In this document: piece after piece, positions 28,035 through 41,248 of the stretch | Layout of the letters: each line of letters starts with the position of its first letter | Numbering within the stretch: the stretch's first letter is position 1 | Assembly: GCA_041687695.1 (NCBI GenBank) | Contig: JAWLBL010000005.1 | Span: 36,382 to 100,381, forward strand | Direction of reading: 5' to 3' | Source: Myxococcota bacterium | GTDB taxonomy: Bacteria > Myxococcota_A > UBA9042 > PHBI01 > JAWLBL01 | DNA length: 64,000 bases | Program-made: the position numbers and the translations under genes | The notes under the pieces: model-generated | The model's database searches: none | What the model was told of the DNA's origin: nothing | Seen by the model: the letters and a program-made list of their open reading frames with translations, nothing else

Positions 28035-28454
28035 ATGCCGGATTGGAAATCGCGCCTGGTGGTCAAGTACAACGCCGACGGCGTCTACAAGACCATCACC
28101 CCCATCGACTCGTTTCAGCCCTCGTTCGCCATGAACGCCGAGGTGCTGCACTCCATCGAGCAGAGTCACATCGGGGTCGTCTACTCGCCCGAGCAGATCA
28201 GCTTCACGATGACGGTCAAAGCCCTGGGGACGGCCGCCGCAGAGCTGACGACGCTCGCGCTGTCGGGCAAGCGCTTCGACGTGACGCTCGAGGAGCAGGA
28301 CGACGGCAACGACTGGTCGTTCACCAAGGTCGTGCTGCGCGACTGCGTGATCACGAGCGCCTCGCCGACCTCGGCGAGCCCCAACGGGGCACCGACGGCG
28401 TCGTTCTCAGGCTTCAGCCTGGCCGGGTCGGCGACCCCGCGGGGGGCCGCGTGA
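28035..28454 (+). CDS. tail tube protein
   Basis: 139-aa beta-rich protein directly after the sheath; FDVTL.E...VVLRDCVITSA pattern; GGAGG RBS. Confidence 0.7.
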   Translation: MPDWKSRLVVKYNADGVYKTITPIDSFQPSFAMNAEVLHSIEQSHIGVVYSPEQISFTMTVKALGTAAAELTTLALSGKRFDVTLEEQDDGNDWSFTKVVLRDCVITSASPTSASPNGAPTASFSGFSLAGSATPRGAA

Positions 28455-28461
28455 CGCGCGC

Positions 28462-28755
28462 GTGGAGGCGCTCGTGACGAAGATCCGTGGGCTCGGGGGC
28501 GGCACGCTGGATGGGCCGGCCAAGCGCGTCACGCGGACCGGCCTCGCGCTGGTGCACGAGGGCGAGCTGGTCCTGCCGGCCGCGGGCAGCGAGGCGCAGG
28601 CCGTGGTCGTCGCCGAGGACGCGCGCCAGGTGGTGCACTACCACTTCCCCATCGAGATCGTCGTGCAGGGCCGCGGGGCCGAGCCGGTGGACGTCGAGGC
28701 GGCGATCGACCGGCGCCTCGCGGCGCTGGTCGACGAGCTGAGGAACCTCGCGTGA
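28462..28755 (+). CDS. small protein with tape-measure C-terminal-like motif
   Basis: GGG...RTGLALVHEGELVLP resembles the GG.V...G.A.(V/L)H.GE.V.P motif of tape measure proteins. Confidence 0.5.
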   Translation: MEALVTKIRGLGGGTLDGPAKRVTRTGLALVHEGELVLPAAGSEAQAVVVAEDARQVVHYHFPIEIVVQGRGAEPVDVEAAIDRRLAALVDELRNLA

Positions 28756-28776
28756 CGGAGGTCGGATAAGCGCCAG

Positions 28777-31913
<3,137 letters not shown>

Positions 31914-31914
<1 letters not shown>

Positions 31915-32999
31915 TGGCGCGGTTGTTCCACTTCCGTGGCGAGGCCAGCCTCATCGACGTCACCGCGCGGGTGAACAGCGACCCCAGGCTGGTGAGGTTC
32001 CGACGAACGCTCGAAAAGCGCTACCCGCCCGAGCGGGCGCAGGCGATGGTCGAGGACATGCTGGTCGCGGGGATGCGGCACTTCGGCGATCAATACGTCG
32101 CGGTCAACGCCGACCGGCTCGATCGGGTGCTCGCGCTGCGCGCGGCGCTCGAGGATCAGTACCACATCGTGCTGAAGTCCGGGCGAGGCAAGGGACGGAC
32201 CATCGGTGTGACGGCGGCTCAGCGCAAGGCGAACCTGATGGACATCGAGCGCTTGTACGCCGAGCTCGATGAGACGTTCGACGCCCTGGGGCGGCCGACC
32301 GAGGGACTGGACCTGGCGACCTCCAAGGGCGACCTGGCGAGACGCTTCAAGGCGAGCATCGAGCGGCACCTGCCGGGCCAGCGTCCGCACAGGACTCGCA
32401 GCGTCCGACGCGACATGCGGGTCGAAGCTGGCCAGAAGGTTTCGCGCTTCAAGCGGCACGGCTTCAAGCGGGTCGAGCCCGGCGTCTACGCGCTGACGTT
32501 CAAAGACGGCACGTCCGTGCGTTACGAGGTCGTCGAGGGCCGCTATCGGCTGCAGACCTTCGACCCAAACGGGCAGCTCGTCCTCGAGTTCGGAGAATAT
32601 GACACGCTCGTGTCGCCGTACCGCAACCGCCCCAAGACCTCCAGCATCATGAACGCCCATCACGGCCTGCAGAACGACTTGATGAAGCTCGCCTTCGAGG
32701 ACTACGGGTATGACGGCGGCGCGGTGCCCACGATGTGGCTTCGGGATGGCCGGGCGGGGTCGCCGCACGGCATGATCACCGCCATGCAGAACAGCACCCA
32801 TGCGGCGCGGACCAAGCTGAAGACTCCGACCTACTCCCAGATTCGCGACTGGGGCATTCAGGACATGCGCACCGCGGGGGTGCCGACCGCAGCCATCCAC
32901 GAGTACCTGGCGCACATGGACGCCTATTTCCGGCGCGCCGTAGTGCCCAACCTCGAGCGCTCGGGCGAGCTGCGGCGCCTGGGCACCTGGGAGCCATGA
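31914..32999 (+). CDS. polymorphic toxin with C-terminal HNH/EndoVII (Tox-SHH-like) nuclease
   Basis: NAHHGLQN...GYD...VPTMWL...SPHGMITAMQ...DMRTAGVP; ATG 31914. Confidence 0.7.
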
Positions 33000-33898
33000 T
33001 GTCATTCGACCGCCTCGACAAGCTCCTCGACGCGCTCGACGTCGACGCCGAGCCGGCGCCCAGGCCCAGCGACGACGAGATCGCCCGCGCCCGATCGGCC
33101 GGTCCGGTCCCGATGCCGCCCGAGCTCGAGCACGTCTATCGCCGCGCCTACGAGGTCTATCTGCCCCAGGGCGCGTCCATCTTCGGGCTGTTGGACTATG
33201 TCGACGTCAACCGGCAGCAGCACCTGTTCGAACGGCTGCCCGGGGTCGCGTTCTTCGGGTCGGACGGCAGCGACGGCTTCTTTTTCATCGACGTCGGCGG
33301 CGCGCTCGGCCACAGCCCGGGCGCCGTGTTCTGGGTGTCGCGTGGGAACCTCCAGCCCGACGCCTGTGTGCCGTGCGGGTGGCACCTTGTGGACTTTCTG
33401 GCCAAGGTGGTCGCCGGCGAGGTGCCGTGGGACGGGCCCTCGCTGATGAAGACGTCCGTCCAGCGTATGACGGCAGCGCTCGACGCGCGTCCAGACGGGT
33501 GGGACGCGATGCCCCCGGTGGCGCCCGAGAAGATCGACCAGCACGCATGGGCGACGATGACGCCGATTACGCCGGTGACGGAGAAGCTCTTGTTGCGCGG
33601 CGAGCGGATCCGCTTCGTGGCGAGCGGGGTCGTGATCGGCGGGCTGGAGGCCATCACCCCCGTCGCAGGGACCGCGGACGCAGACGGCATTCCGAGCGCG
33701 GTGTGGGTGGGCTCCGGCCCCGACGGGACGCGCTATGCGGTGACCGCGGGCGGCTGGCGAGACCTGCCGCGCGACCGGCTGATCGCGGTGCCGCCGGGTG
33801 GCACGGCCGAGACCGGGCGCGTCATGGGCCTGTTCTCGGACGTCGTGACGGCCTGGGTCGAGGGGCGCACGCCGCCGGGAGGGACGAGCCGTGGGTGA
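32996..33898 (+). CDS. SMI1/KNR4 (SUKH) family immunity protein, probably two domains
   Basis: PPELEHVY...IFGL...FFGSDGSDGFFFID...GAVFWV; ATGA-coupled to the toxin gene. Confidence 0.75.
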   Translation: MMSFDRLDKLLDALDVDAEPAPRPSDDEIARARSAGPVPMPPELEHVYRRAYEVYLPQGASIFGLLDYVDVNRQQHLFERLPGVAFFGSDGSDGFFFIDVGGALGHSPGAVFWVSRGNLQPDACVPCGWHLVDFLAKVVAGEVPWDGPSLMKTSVQRMTAALDARPDGWDAMPPVAPEKIDQHAWATMTPITPVTEKLLLRGERIRFVASGVVIGGLEAITPVAGTADADGIPSAVWVGSGPDGTRYAVTAGGWRDLPRDRLIAVPPGGTAETGRVMGLFSDVVTAWVEGRTPPGGTSRG

Positions 33899-34433
33899 AA
33901 AGTTCGGTCATCGCCACAGCTATGTGCGTTACGCGAGCACCGAGGGTGGGCTCGACCTGACGGTCCCGTCGGCCGTCCTGTCGGACGGCGGGCTGCTGTT
34001 CATCCCGCTGTACGCGGTCAGCGCGATGACGCTCGGCGAGAGCTACAGCGTCCCGCCCCTCAGGGGCTCGGGCGAGAGCCTGGCCAACGTCAGCGAGGAC
34101 ACTGTCACGCTCAGCGCCCTGCTGGTCGGCGCCGAGCGCTTCGCGTGGAAGTTGGCCCTCGAGATGGCCGCCGAGTCGGCCGTGCGCGGCAGCGCCGTCG
34201 CGAGCTACAGCGGCGGCAAGATCACGGGGCTGTTCCTGGTGACGTCCATGACCATCCGGAGCGACATGTTCATCCGCTCGCTCACCTTCTCGGTGAACAA
34301 CCAGAGGCGCCAGGCGATCGAGGTCTCGATGACCCTCGTCCACCAGCCCAGACCCGGCGCGCTCGCCCCCCTGCTCGATCTCGCCAGCGTCGCCCTGTCG
34401 ACCCTGGCCAGCGGCATCGCCTACGGCGCTTGA
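33891..34433 (+). CDS. hypothetical baseplate/tube-initiator-like protein
   Basis: 180 aa, beta-rich (DTVTLSALL...DMFIRSLTFS...IEVSMTL), located before the hub gene. Confidence 0.5.
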   Translation: MGEKFGHRHSYVRYASTEGGLDLTVPSAVLSDGGLLFIPLYAVSAMTLGESYSVPPLRGSGESLANVSEDTVTLSALLVGAERFAWKLALEMAAESAVRGSAVASYSGGKITGLFLVTSMTIRSDMFIRSLTFSVNNQRRQAIEVSMTLVHQPRPGALAPLLDLASVALSTLASGIAYGA

Positions 34434-35041
34434 GGCTCGATTTGGCACCCACTCCCTTCTCCCAGGTCGACCTCTTGGTGGCCCCCTCGCCGATGGCCGC
34501 CGCGCTCGCGGCCACGGGACCGAGCGAGCTCGCCCGCCTACGGCACTCGATCGCGCGCGGCCTGCCCAGCGTCATCCCCCTCGACAACGAGCTGCAGCTC
34601 GTCTTGACGCTGCCCACGGGGCAGGTGCGGCCTTGGCTGGCGCTGAGCGTCGACCAGGTGGTGAGCCGCTCGGCCGAGGAGAGTGCGCCCCACCCCGCGA
34701 GTGCGGCGTCGCCCCCCCAGGAGGTCGTCGCGCGACCGCCGCTGTCGTTGGTCCTGGTTCGGCGCAACCGGCCGGTCGCGGCCGCGCCGCTGGTCCTCGG
34801 TAGCCGACGCCTGCTGCCGAACTCGGGCGGCGCGCCGGCCGTCATCGAGCTGCTGGTGCTGGGGTGGGAGGTGCGCGCTGGCAGCCTGCGAGGGCCCGGG
34901 GACGTCGGGTCATGGATCGAGCTGGCCTGGCGCCGCGTCGATCGGGGGACGTCGACCTTCGCTCCGCCGCCGATCCCCGTTGGGGTCGCCCAGCGCGTGG
35001 CCGCCGCCCTGGCCGCGGAAGGCGCAGGGGACAGCCCGTGA
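34430..35041 (+). CDS. hypothetical baseplate-associated protein
   Basis: TTG 34430 overlaps the previous TGA; its stop overlaps the next GTG. Confidence 0.5.
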   Translation: MRLDLAPTPFSQVDLLVAPSPMAAALAATGPSELARLRHSIARGLPSVIPLDNELQLVLTLPTGQVRPWLALSVDQVVSRSAEESAPHPASAASPPQEVVARPPLSLVLVRRNRPVAAAPLVLGSRRLLPNSGGAPAVIELLVLGWEVRAGSLRGPGDVGSWIELAWRRVDRGTSTFAPPPIPVGVAQRVAAALAAEGAGDSP

Positions 35042-37017
35042 CCGGTGCGCCCGAGACCCGCTACGGCAACGATCCGGGCTGGCACCTTGCGCTGAGCAGG
35101 GGAAGCCAGGATGTCCTCGCGATCGGCTGCGAGCAGTACCACGCCACCATCGAGGCCAGCCTGCCGCACGGGCTCGCCGGCGGCAGCTACGTGTTCACCA
35201 TCGAGGGACTCACGAACGAGGACTACCAGCTCCTCGCCGGCGCCTTCGAGCCGACCGAAGTGCTCGAGGCCCGCCTGTACCTGTACTGGCGCGACGTGAA
35301 CTCGGGCGTCTTGGGTTACCTGGCCAACATCGGCGGCTTTTCGGGTGCGAGCCCTTCCCTGACCGGCGAGGCGGCCGACGACCACCTGGTGGCGGTGCTG
35401 GCGGTGACCGAGGTGACGCGGGTCGCCAAGCCGCTGCGCTACGACGCCGTCGTGCGGGCGAGAGAGCTCGTCTACCATCGGCTGGCGACCCACCGGACGG
35501 CCGAGGGGATCGCCGCCGACTCGCCCCTGGAGGCCGCCAAGGAGCTGGCGATCGCGGCCGGGCTCTCCATCGACCAGGTCGAGGTTTTTCCACCCGAGGG
35601 CGGGGACCCCGACGCGGGCCAGACCCACGGGGAGCGGGAGCAGTTGCCGGTCAGACAGTCCACCGTGCAGGTGCTCCATCGCCTCGGAGAGCGCATGGCG
35701 GCCCAATATGCCCGCTGGGGCCGGGGGATGTACCGGATTCGGCGCGGCATTTTGGAGATGGGGCCGAGGCGACCCATCCCGACGATGGACTTCGAGGTCA
35801 CGGACCTGTCGGCGACCGACGGCGTGCTGAACGTGGCGGCGCGAGGGTGGGTCGCGCGGGACCCGTCCCGCACCGACGCGGTCGAGGCCGGGCAGGAGGG
35901 CGCGGCGCGGCGCAGGTGGGAGCTGACGCTGCGTGGCCACCCGGGGTTGGGGCCGGGAGACGTGGTCTCGTTCGTCCCGCCGCTGGGCGAGCAGCCGCCT
36001 GGCTCGCCGCCCTGGTACGCGCCCGGCGTGCTGGGGTTGCTGGCCCCGGGCCAGAGCGCCGAGCAGCCGGCAGCCATCCTGGGGTACGTCGAGGGCGTGA
36101 CCCACAGCGTCGGGCGCGGGCGCCCGTTCGTGACGCGGCTCGCTTGCGTCGAGGTCACACGCGACGACGTGTGGGACGAGCGCGGCCAGGCGCACGCGGA
36201 CGACCCGGAGCAGGAAGACGCCGTCGAAGGCAGCCCCACGGTCGTCGGCGAGCTGGCGCGCGCGGTGCGGCGCTCGGGCGCGGAGACCTTCGCCAGCCGC
36301 CATCAGGCCGAGATTGGCGAGGTGCGCGCGACCCACGGCGCCGGTGGCGAGGGGGTGCCAGGCCAGACGTCCGACTATCTGCGTGGCGTGCAAACCGACG
36401 GGGGACCCAGGCAGGCGCGGCGGGCGAAGGTCGAGCGCGTGGTGCCCGACCGACAGGACCGGGTCCCGTACGTGACCCCGTTCGCGCTGGGCCCCTTCGG
36501 GCTGGTCCTACCCCGATACCCGGGCACGCGCACGCTGCTCGTGCACCGGCAGGGGCTCGCCGAGGATCCGATCGACATCGGCGCGCTGTGGCCCACCGAG
36601 GGCAGCGACCAAGCCGGGCCCAATACGGCCAAGCCGGGGGATTGGTGGCTATCGCTGCCGGCCAAACCCGAGCCCGTCGCGGAGCTCGAGCCGCGAGACG
36701 ACGCCGACGCGGTGCAGCTCGAGTTCGAGTTCGCCAGCAACGACCTCATCGACGCGCAGGGCCGGCGATACATCGATACGGCCGAGCTGGTCATTCGCGT
36801 TGGGACCGAGAACCTCGCTCGGCCCGGCGAGCGTCCGACCGCTGAACCCGGCGTCGCGGTGCTGATCGAGCACATCGACAAGAGCTCCCGAATCGAGATG
36901 AGGACCGATGGCACCATCGCCATAGAGGCGGCGAGCGACCTCATCCTTCAGGCCGGAGGCCACGTGAAGGTCAAGGTGGGCAAGGGCAAGACGTTCGACG
37001 TGGAGGAGAGCGCGTGA
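35038..37017 (+). CDS. VgrG-like fused baseplate hub (gp27/gpD) and spike (gp5 OB-fold plus short beta-helix)
   Basis: GHPGLGPGDVV...YVEGVTHS (hub); VPYVTPFA...LPRYPG..LLVH..G..EDPIDIGALW (OB fold); SRIEMRTDGTIAIEAASDLILQA (beta-helix). Confidence 0.75.
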   Translation: MTGAPETRYGNDPGWHLALSRGSQDVLAIGCEQYHATIEASLPHGLAGGSYVFTIEGLTNEDYQLLAGAFEPTEVLEARLYLYWRDVNSGVLGYLANIGGFSGASPSLTGEAADDHLVAVLAVTEVTRVAKPLRYDAVVRARELVYHRLATHRTAEGIAADSPLEAAKELAIAAGLSIDQVEVFPPEGGDPDAGQTHGEREQLPVRQSTVQVLHRLGERMAAQYARWGRGMYRIRRGILEMGPRRPIPTMDFEVTDLSATDGVLNVAARGWVARDPSRTDAVEAGQEGAARRRWELTLRGHPGLGPGDVVSFVPPLGEQPPGSPPWYAPGVLGLLAPGQSAEQPAAILGYVEGVTHSVGRGRPFVTRLACVEVTRDDVWDERGQAHADDPEQEDAVEGSPTVVGELARAVRRSGAETFASRHQAEIGEVRATHGAGGEGVPGQTSDYLRGVQTDGGPRQARRAKVERVVPDRQDRVPYVTPFALGPFGLVLPRYPGTRTLLVHRQGLAEDPIDIGALWPTEGSDQAGPNTAKPGDWWLSLPAKPEPVAELEPRDDADAVQLEFEFASNDLIDAQGRRYIDTAELVIRVGTENLARPGERPTAEPGVAVLIEHIDKSSRIEMRTDGTIAIEAASDLILQAGGHVKVKVGKGKTFDVEESA

Positions 37018-37466
37018 TGACCAACGACGACACCGATCGCAGGCGGCGCTTGCTCGGCTGGGGCGTGGCCTCGGCCGAGATCGCGCCCGGCGCGGCCCTG
37101 GCCCGGGACGTCGTCCTGGTCGCCGGGCCCGGCGGTCTGGACTTCGCCCGGGTCGAGGGGCTCGACGCGCTGGCCCAGGACCTGACGGTGGCGATGACGA
37201 CGGCGCGCGGGTCGGACCCGTTCAACACGACCTTCGGCTTCGACGGGCTGAACGCGCTGACGGACGACACGCCGCCGGGCCTGGTGGGCGAGCGCCTCCG
37301 CTTGGCCGTCATGGCGTTGCTGCAGCGCGACGCGCGCGTGCGGCGCATCCTGGACGTGACGGTGGGCCGCTCGCGAGGGCGGACGCTCGACGTCACGGTC
37401 CGCTTCGAGGCGCTCGGTGGAGATCAGGTCGAGATCGGCCTGGGGACGGTGGGGATCGATGGCTGA
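37014..37466 (+). CDS. gp25/GpW-like baseplate wedge (sheath initiator)
   Basis: GLDALAQDL..AMTTARGSDPFNTTFG...LQRDARVRRI. Confidence 0.8.
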   Translation: MMTNDDTDRRRRLLGWGVASAEIAPGAALARDVVLVAGPGGLDFARVEGLDALAQDLTVAMTTARGSDPFNTTFGFDGLNALTDDTPPGLVGERLRLAVMALLQRDARVRRILDVTVGRSRGRTLDVTVRFEALGGDQVEIGLGTVGIDG

Positions 37467-38916
37467 CACGACGACGACGATCGATCTGGCGGAGATTCTG
37501 GCGGTCGACCGCGAGCAGGCCCGCAAGACGGGCGCGGACCGCTTCGGGGTGACCGAGGGTGGCTTCGCCGCCAAGCCCTTCGGGCAGCTGCTGGCCGAGA
37601 AGGTCGCGCTGGCCCAGGAGGTCTTCGGGGCCGACCTGGACCTGACGGCGGGCTCGGTCATCCGAAAGATCCTCGAGTTGACGGCCCTCGAGGACGCGCG
37701 CACCTGGGCCGCCCTGTCGAGCATGTATGACAGCCAGTTCGTCGCGACGGCCACGGGCGACGCGCTGAGCCGGCTGGGCGAGGAGCTGGGCTTTTCGCGG
37801 CCGTTTCAGCGGGCGGGCGGGCGGATCGAGCTGACCCTGGTCGGGCCCCTGGCGGACCCGCAAGGATCGGTGCGCATCCCGCGCGGCGCAAGGCTGCTCA
37901 CGGCGGGCGGGCACCACGTCGCGACCGAAGAGAGCGTGGTACTGTCGGCGGCGCGCAAGCAGGCCCGCGTCGGGGTGAAGGCCTTCTACCCGGGGCCCGA
38001 ACACAACCTGGACCCCAGCCAGCCGGGCCAGGCCATCGTACGCTGGAACGAACTCGACCAAGCGCTGTCGGGGCTGCTCGCCGCCAGGGACGCCGCCTCC
38101 GCGGCCTCGGGCCAGGCGATGGAGCTCGAGCAGGTGGTCAGCGTCAAGCACACGACGGCCCTGACCGGCGGCGAGCAGCTGTGGCCCGACGTGCGCTACC
38201 GCGAGCTGCTGTTGCGGGCGCCGCGGTCGGTGTGGACGGTCGAGGCCATCGAGATCGCGCTGTCGCGGGTGCCCGGCGTGCGGCAGGTGCAGGTGCGCGA
38301 TGCCTGGGGTGGGCTCGACCTGTACCAGTCGCTGTTCGGCAACTTCAACTTCATCGAGCGGCTGTTCGGGGCCGAGCGCGACGTCGGCTCGCCCTACTAC
38401 TTCACAGTGCTGATCGCGCCGACGCCCGAGGCGATCTGGGGCGGGCCGGACGGGCTGCGGGCGGCGGTCGAGGCCGCCATGGAGGACCTGCGACCCGTCG
38501 GCATCTTCCCCCAGGTGGTGCAGGCCGAGGAGGTCGGCATCGGCGTGGCGGCCGAGCTGGTGGTCAGGGGGCTGCCGCTGCCGTCGGGCAGCCGCGCCGT
38601 GGTCAACGGGTCGCAGGCGGCGGGGGCGCTGAAGGCGCGCCTGCTCGAGCGGGTGCGGCGCTACGTGGACGGGCTGCGTTTCGGCGAGCCGGTGCGGGCC
38701 TCGGAGGTGACCTGGGCGCTGATGAACGAGCCGGGCATCGCGGACGCCACGGGCCTCGAGCTGGTGCGCTACCCGCCCGCTTTCGACGCGCTGGATTTGG
38801 GGGCGGCGGTGCCGTCCGGGCAGCTCGAGCGTCTGGGATGCGGCAAGAACGCAAACCTGCAGGGCAATCAGATCGCCGTGCTGATCGACGACCCCGAGCT
38901 GCTGGTGATCACGTGA
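37459..38916 (+). CDS. baseplate J/gp47 family protein
   Basis: FGVT..GF..K, FVATATGDALSRLG, IPRGARL, LTGG...DVRYRE, VPGVRQV motifs. Confidence 0.85.
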   Translation: MADTTTTIDLAEILAVDREQARKTGADRFGVTEGGFAAKPFGQLLAEKVALAQEVFGADLDLTAGSVIRKILELTALEDARTWAALSSMYDSQFVATATGDALSRLGEELGFSRPFQRAGGRIELTLVGPLADPQGSVRIPRGARLLTAGGHHVATEESVVLSAARKQARVGVKAFYPGPEHNLDPSQPGQAIVRWNELDQALSGLLAARDAASAASGQAMELEQVVSVKHTTALTGGEQLWPDVRYRELLLRAPRSVWTVEAIEIALSRVPGVRQVQVRDAWGGLDLYQSLFGNFNFIERLFGAERDVGSPYYFTVLIAPTPEAIWGGPDGLRAAVEAAMEDLRPVGIFPQVVQAEEVGIGVAAELVVRGLPLPSGSRAVVNGSQAAGALKARLLERVRRYVDGLRFGEPVRASEVTWALMNEPGIADATGLELVRYPPAFDALDLGAAVPSGQLERLGCGKNANLQGNQIAVLIDDPELLVIT

Positions 38917-41237
38917 GCGACGCGACCGGAGCGCTGGACGCCGACGGGCTGCGGGCGGCCTCACACCTGAACATGCGACGGCACCTGGCCACGCCGCTGG
39001 CCGCTGGCGCCGTGGACGAGGAGGTGGCGGTGGACGCCGCCGGCCGGGCGCGTGTCACCTGGAGTCCGCGCGAGCCGCTGCTCCTGCTCGGCCTGCGCCT
39101 GGATCTGGGGGACGAGACGCTGCGGGTCGAGGCGACGCTCGATCCGGACGGCGACCCGCGACCGCTGACGCCGCTTCGCTTCGACGCCTACTCGGAGCGC
39201 GGCTCGTTTCTGCCGCTGCACACCCCCGAGGTCGACGGCGGCACGGGGCGAGCGGCGCCGTTCGAGGTGACGCTGACCGTCCACGGGCCGGATGGCGTGG
39301 CCCTGAGCGCGGCCGAGGTGGCCGAGACCGTCGAGGTGCGCCTGGTCGAAGGACAGATGGGGCGGCTGCTGTACGTCCTGGGGGCCGAGAAGCAGCGCAT
39401 CCGGCGGGTCGCGCGCGAGATCGCCGCCATGCGCCGCGTCGAGACGGCGCGCGACGAGGCGCTCGATCGGATTGGGCGCGAGCTGGGCGTCGGCCGCTTC
39501 GCCGAGCGGCTGACGTGGCGGCCCGCGGGCGAGGGCGTCAGCGGCGAGCTGGTCACCGAGACGGCCCGCGAGGACGACGCCGCGTATCGGCGACGGCTGG
39601 CGCTCTACAGGCCGCTGCTGATGCCGACCCGAGCCAACGCGCTGAGGCTGCTCAACGGCGACGGCGCGGCGCCGGGGCCGCTGCAGCGCATGGGGCTGGC
39701 GCACGCGGTGGGGCTGGCCGAGGCGGACCACCCCTTCGCGCTGGCCGTGCACCTGGTGGGGGCGGCGCCGGGCGGAGCGGCGGCCAAGGCGTTCCGCACG
39801 CGGTTCCTTGCCCACCTGCGGGACACGCGGCTGGTCGATCCGACGGTGGCCGTCCCCGAGCACCGGCGGCTGCCATCGACGCAGCGGGCACGCGAGGATG
39901 CCCTGCGCGAGCGGCTCCGGGCCGGGCTGACCTTCGAGAGCGCCAGCCGGGCCATGGCCCCGGCGTTGGCGGCCGCGCTGGACCGCGTCGTCGCCTGTCG
40001 CGCCGCCCTCGGCCTGGCCGACCCGCTGCAGGTCCGGCGCGCCCAGCGCGACGACGGCGGCAGCCGCTACCAGCTGGGGCTGGGGGTCGACCTGAGGCGA
40101 CCGCAGCCTGCGAAGCTCGCGGCGATGGCGCAGCGCGCGCTCGCCGGGCAGCTGGAGGCGGCGACCCCGCCCGAGGTGCGCGCGCTCGTCGCGTCGATGA
40201 AGCCCGCGCCGGCCGACGAGGACCCGGTGGGGCGCTGGCTACTCGAGCCCTGCGGGCTGCGCACGGTGCACCGGCTGGACGGCGCCTGGACCTATGCCTC
40301 GCACCTGTACTCGGCCGGGCTGCGCATCTCCGGACCCGACGCGGCCAAGCCGGACGAGCCGCTGGAGCTGCACGCGCACTGGGCCGCCGACGGGGACTCC
40401 GAGCACAACGTGGTCCTGGCCAGCGCCCTGGCGGGCGCGGTCGACGGTTGGACGGACGAGCCCTGGACCGTGCTGGTCGGCGCCGCCGAGCGGGCCGCCT
40501 GGTCGGCGACGATCGCGGCCGACGCGCCGACGACGACCGCCTTCCGCGCCGCCGGGCTGCCGGTGGTCTCCGACGTGCCGCGCCTGCGCGCCGCCTTGGA
40601 GCGCTTCCCGGGCGAGCTGGTCGCGACGATTCAGCTCGGGCCCGCCCTGGCGAGCGCGCTCCACGCGGGAGCGCTCGACGCGGCCGAGACCTTGGAAGGG
40701 TTGGCGGCGCGCCTGACGGCCGGCGGGGTCGCCTCGCTGGTGCCCCTGACCACCGCCGACGGGCGCGCCCTGGTCGTGCTCGGGGCCGTGGCGCTCCCGC
40801 AGGTCGGGACCAACCGGGCCAGCCGGCGCGCCGCGGGGTTCCGCTGGTATCAGGTGCCGCTGCACGGCCCGGGCGGCCAGGTCCGCGAGGTCGGCAGCCG
40901 CACGGTCTTCACCGCGGCGGGCCCCGGTCTGACCGCCCTGGTGGCGGTGGGCTACGCGCGGGTGGGCGGCACCGATCCCTACGAGATCCGCCCCGAGCTG
41001 CCCCCCGGGGCCACCCTGGATCTGGCGCAGTACGAGTACCTGATGAACGCGCTCGATCACCTGCACCCGATGGGGGTCGAGGTGAACACCTGGACGCTGC
41101 GGCAGGCGCACGTCGACCTCACCGGCGACGGGGTGGCGACGCCGCTGCCGCCCGACGTGGCTCGCACCTATCGCCCGTTTCGACGGCCTCGCCACGTCGG
41201 CGACCCGTCGGTCCCGCTCGAGCCCGACCCCAGCTGA
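38913..41237 (+). CDS. baseplate wedge/tail protein I-like protein with long extension
   Basis: ALDRIGRELGVGR...EDDAAYRRRL and C-terminal LDHLHPMGVEV motifs; GTGA-coupled start. Confidence 0.65.
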   Translation: MSDATGALDADGLRAASHLNMRRHLATPLAAGAVDEEVAVDAAGRARVTWSPREPLLLLGLRLDLGDETLRVEATLDPDGDPRPLTPLRFDAYSERGSFLPLHTPEVDGGTGRAAPFEVTLTVHGPDGVALSAAEVAETVEVRLVEGQMGRLLYVLGAEKQRIRRVAREIAAMRRVETARDEALDRIGRELGVGRFAERLTWRPAGEGVSGELVTETAREDDAAYRRRLALYRPLLMPTRANALRLLNGDGAAPGPLQRMGLAHAVGLAEADHPFALAVHLVGAAPGGAAAKAFRTRFLAHLRDTRLVDPTVAVPEHRRLPSTQRAREDALRERLRAGLTFESASRAMAPALAAALDRVVACRAALGLADPLQVRRAQRDDGGSRYQLGLGVDLRRPQPAKLAAMAQRALAGQLEAATPPEVRALVASMKPAPADEDPVGRWLLEPCGLRTVHRLDGAWTYASHLYSAGLRISGPDAAKPDEPLELHAHWAADGDSEHNVVLASALAGAVDGWTDEPWTVLVGAAERAAWSATIAADAPTTTAFRAAGLPVVSDVPRLRAALERFPGELVATIQLGPALASALHAGALDAAETLEGLAARLTAGGVASLVPLTTADGRALVVLGAVALPQVGTNRASRRAAGFRWYQVPLHGPGGQVREVGSRTVFTAAGPGLTALVAVGYARVGGTDPYEIRPELPPGATLDLAQYEYLMNALDHLHPMGVEVNTWTLRQAHVDLTGDGVATPLPPDVARTYRPFRRPRHVGDPSVPLEPDPS

Positions 41238-41248
41238 GAGAGGCCCCG

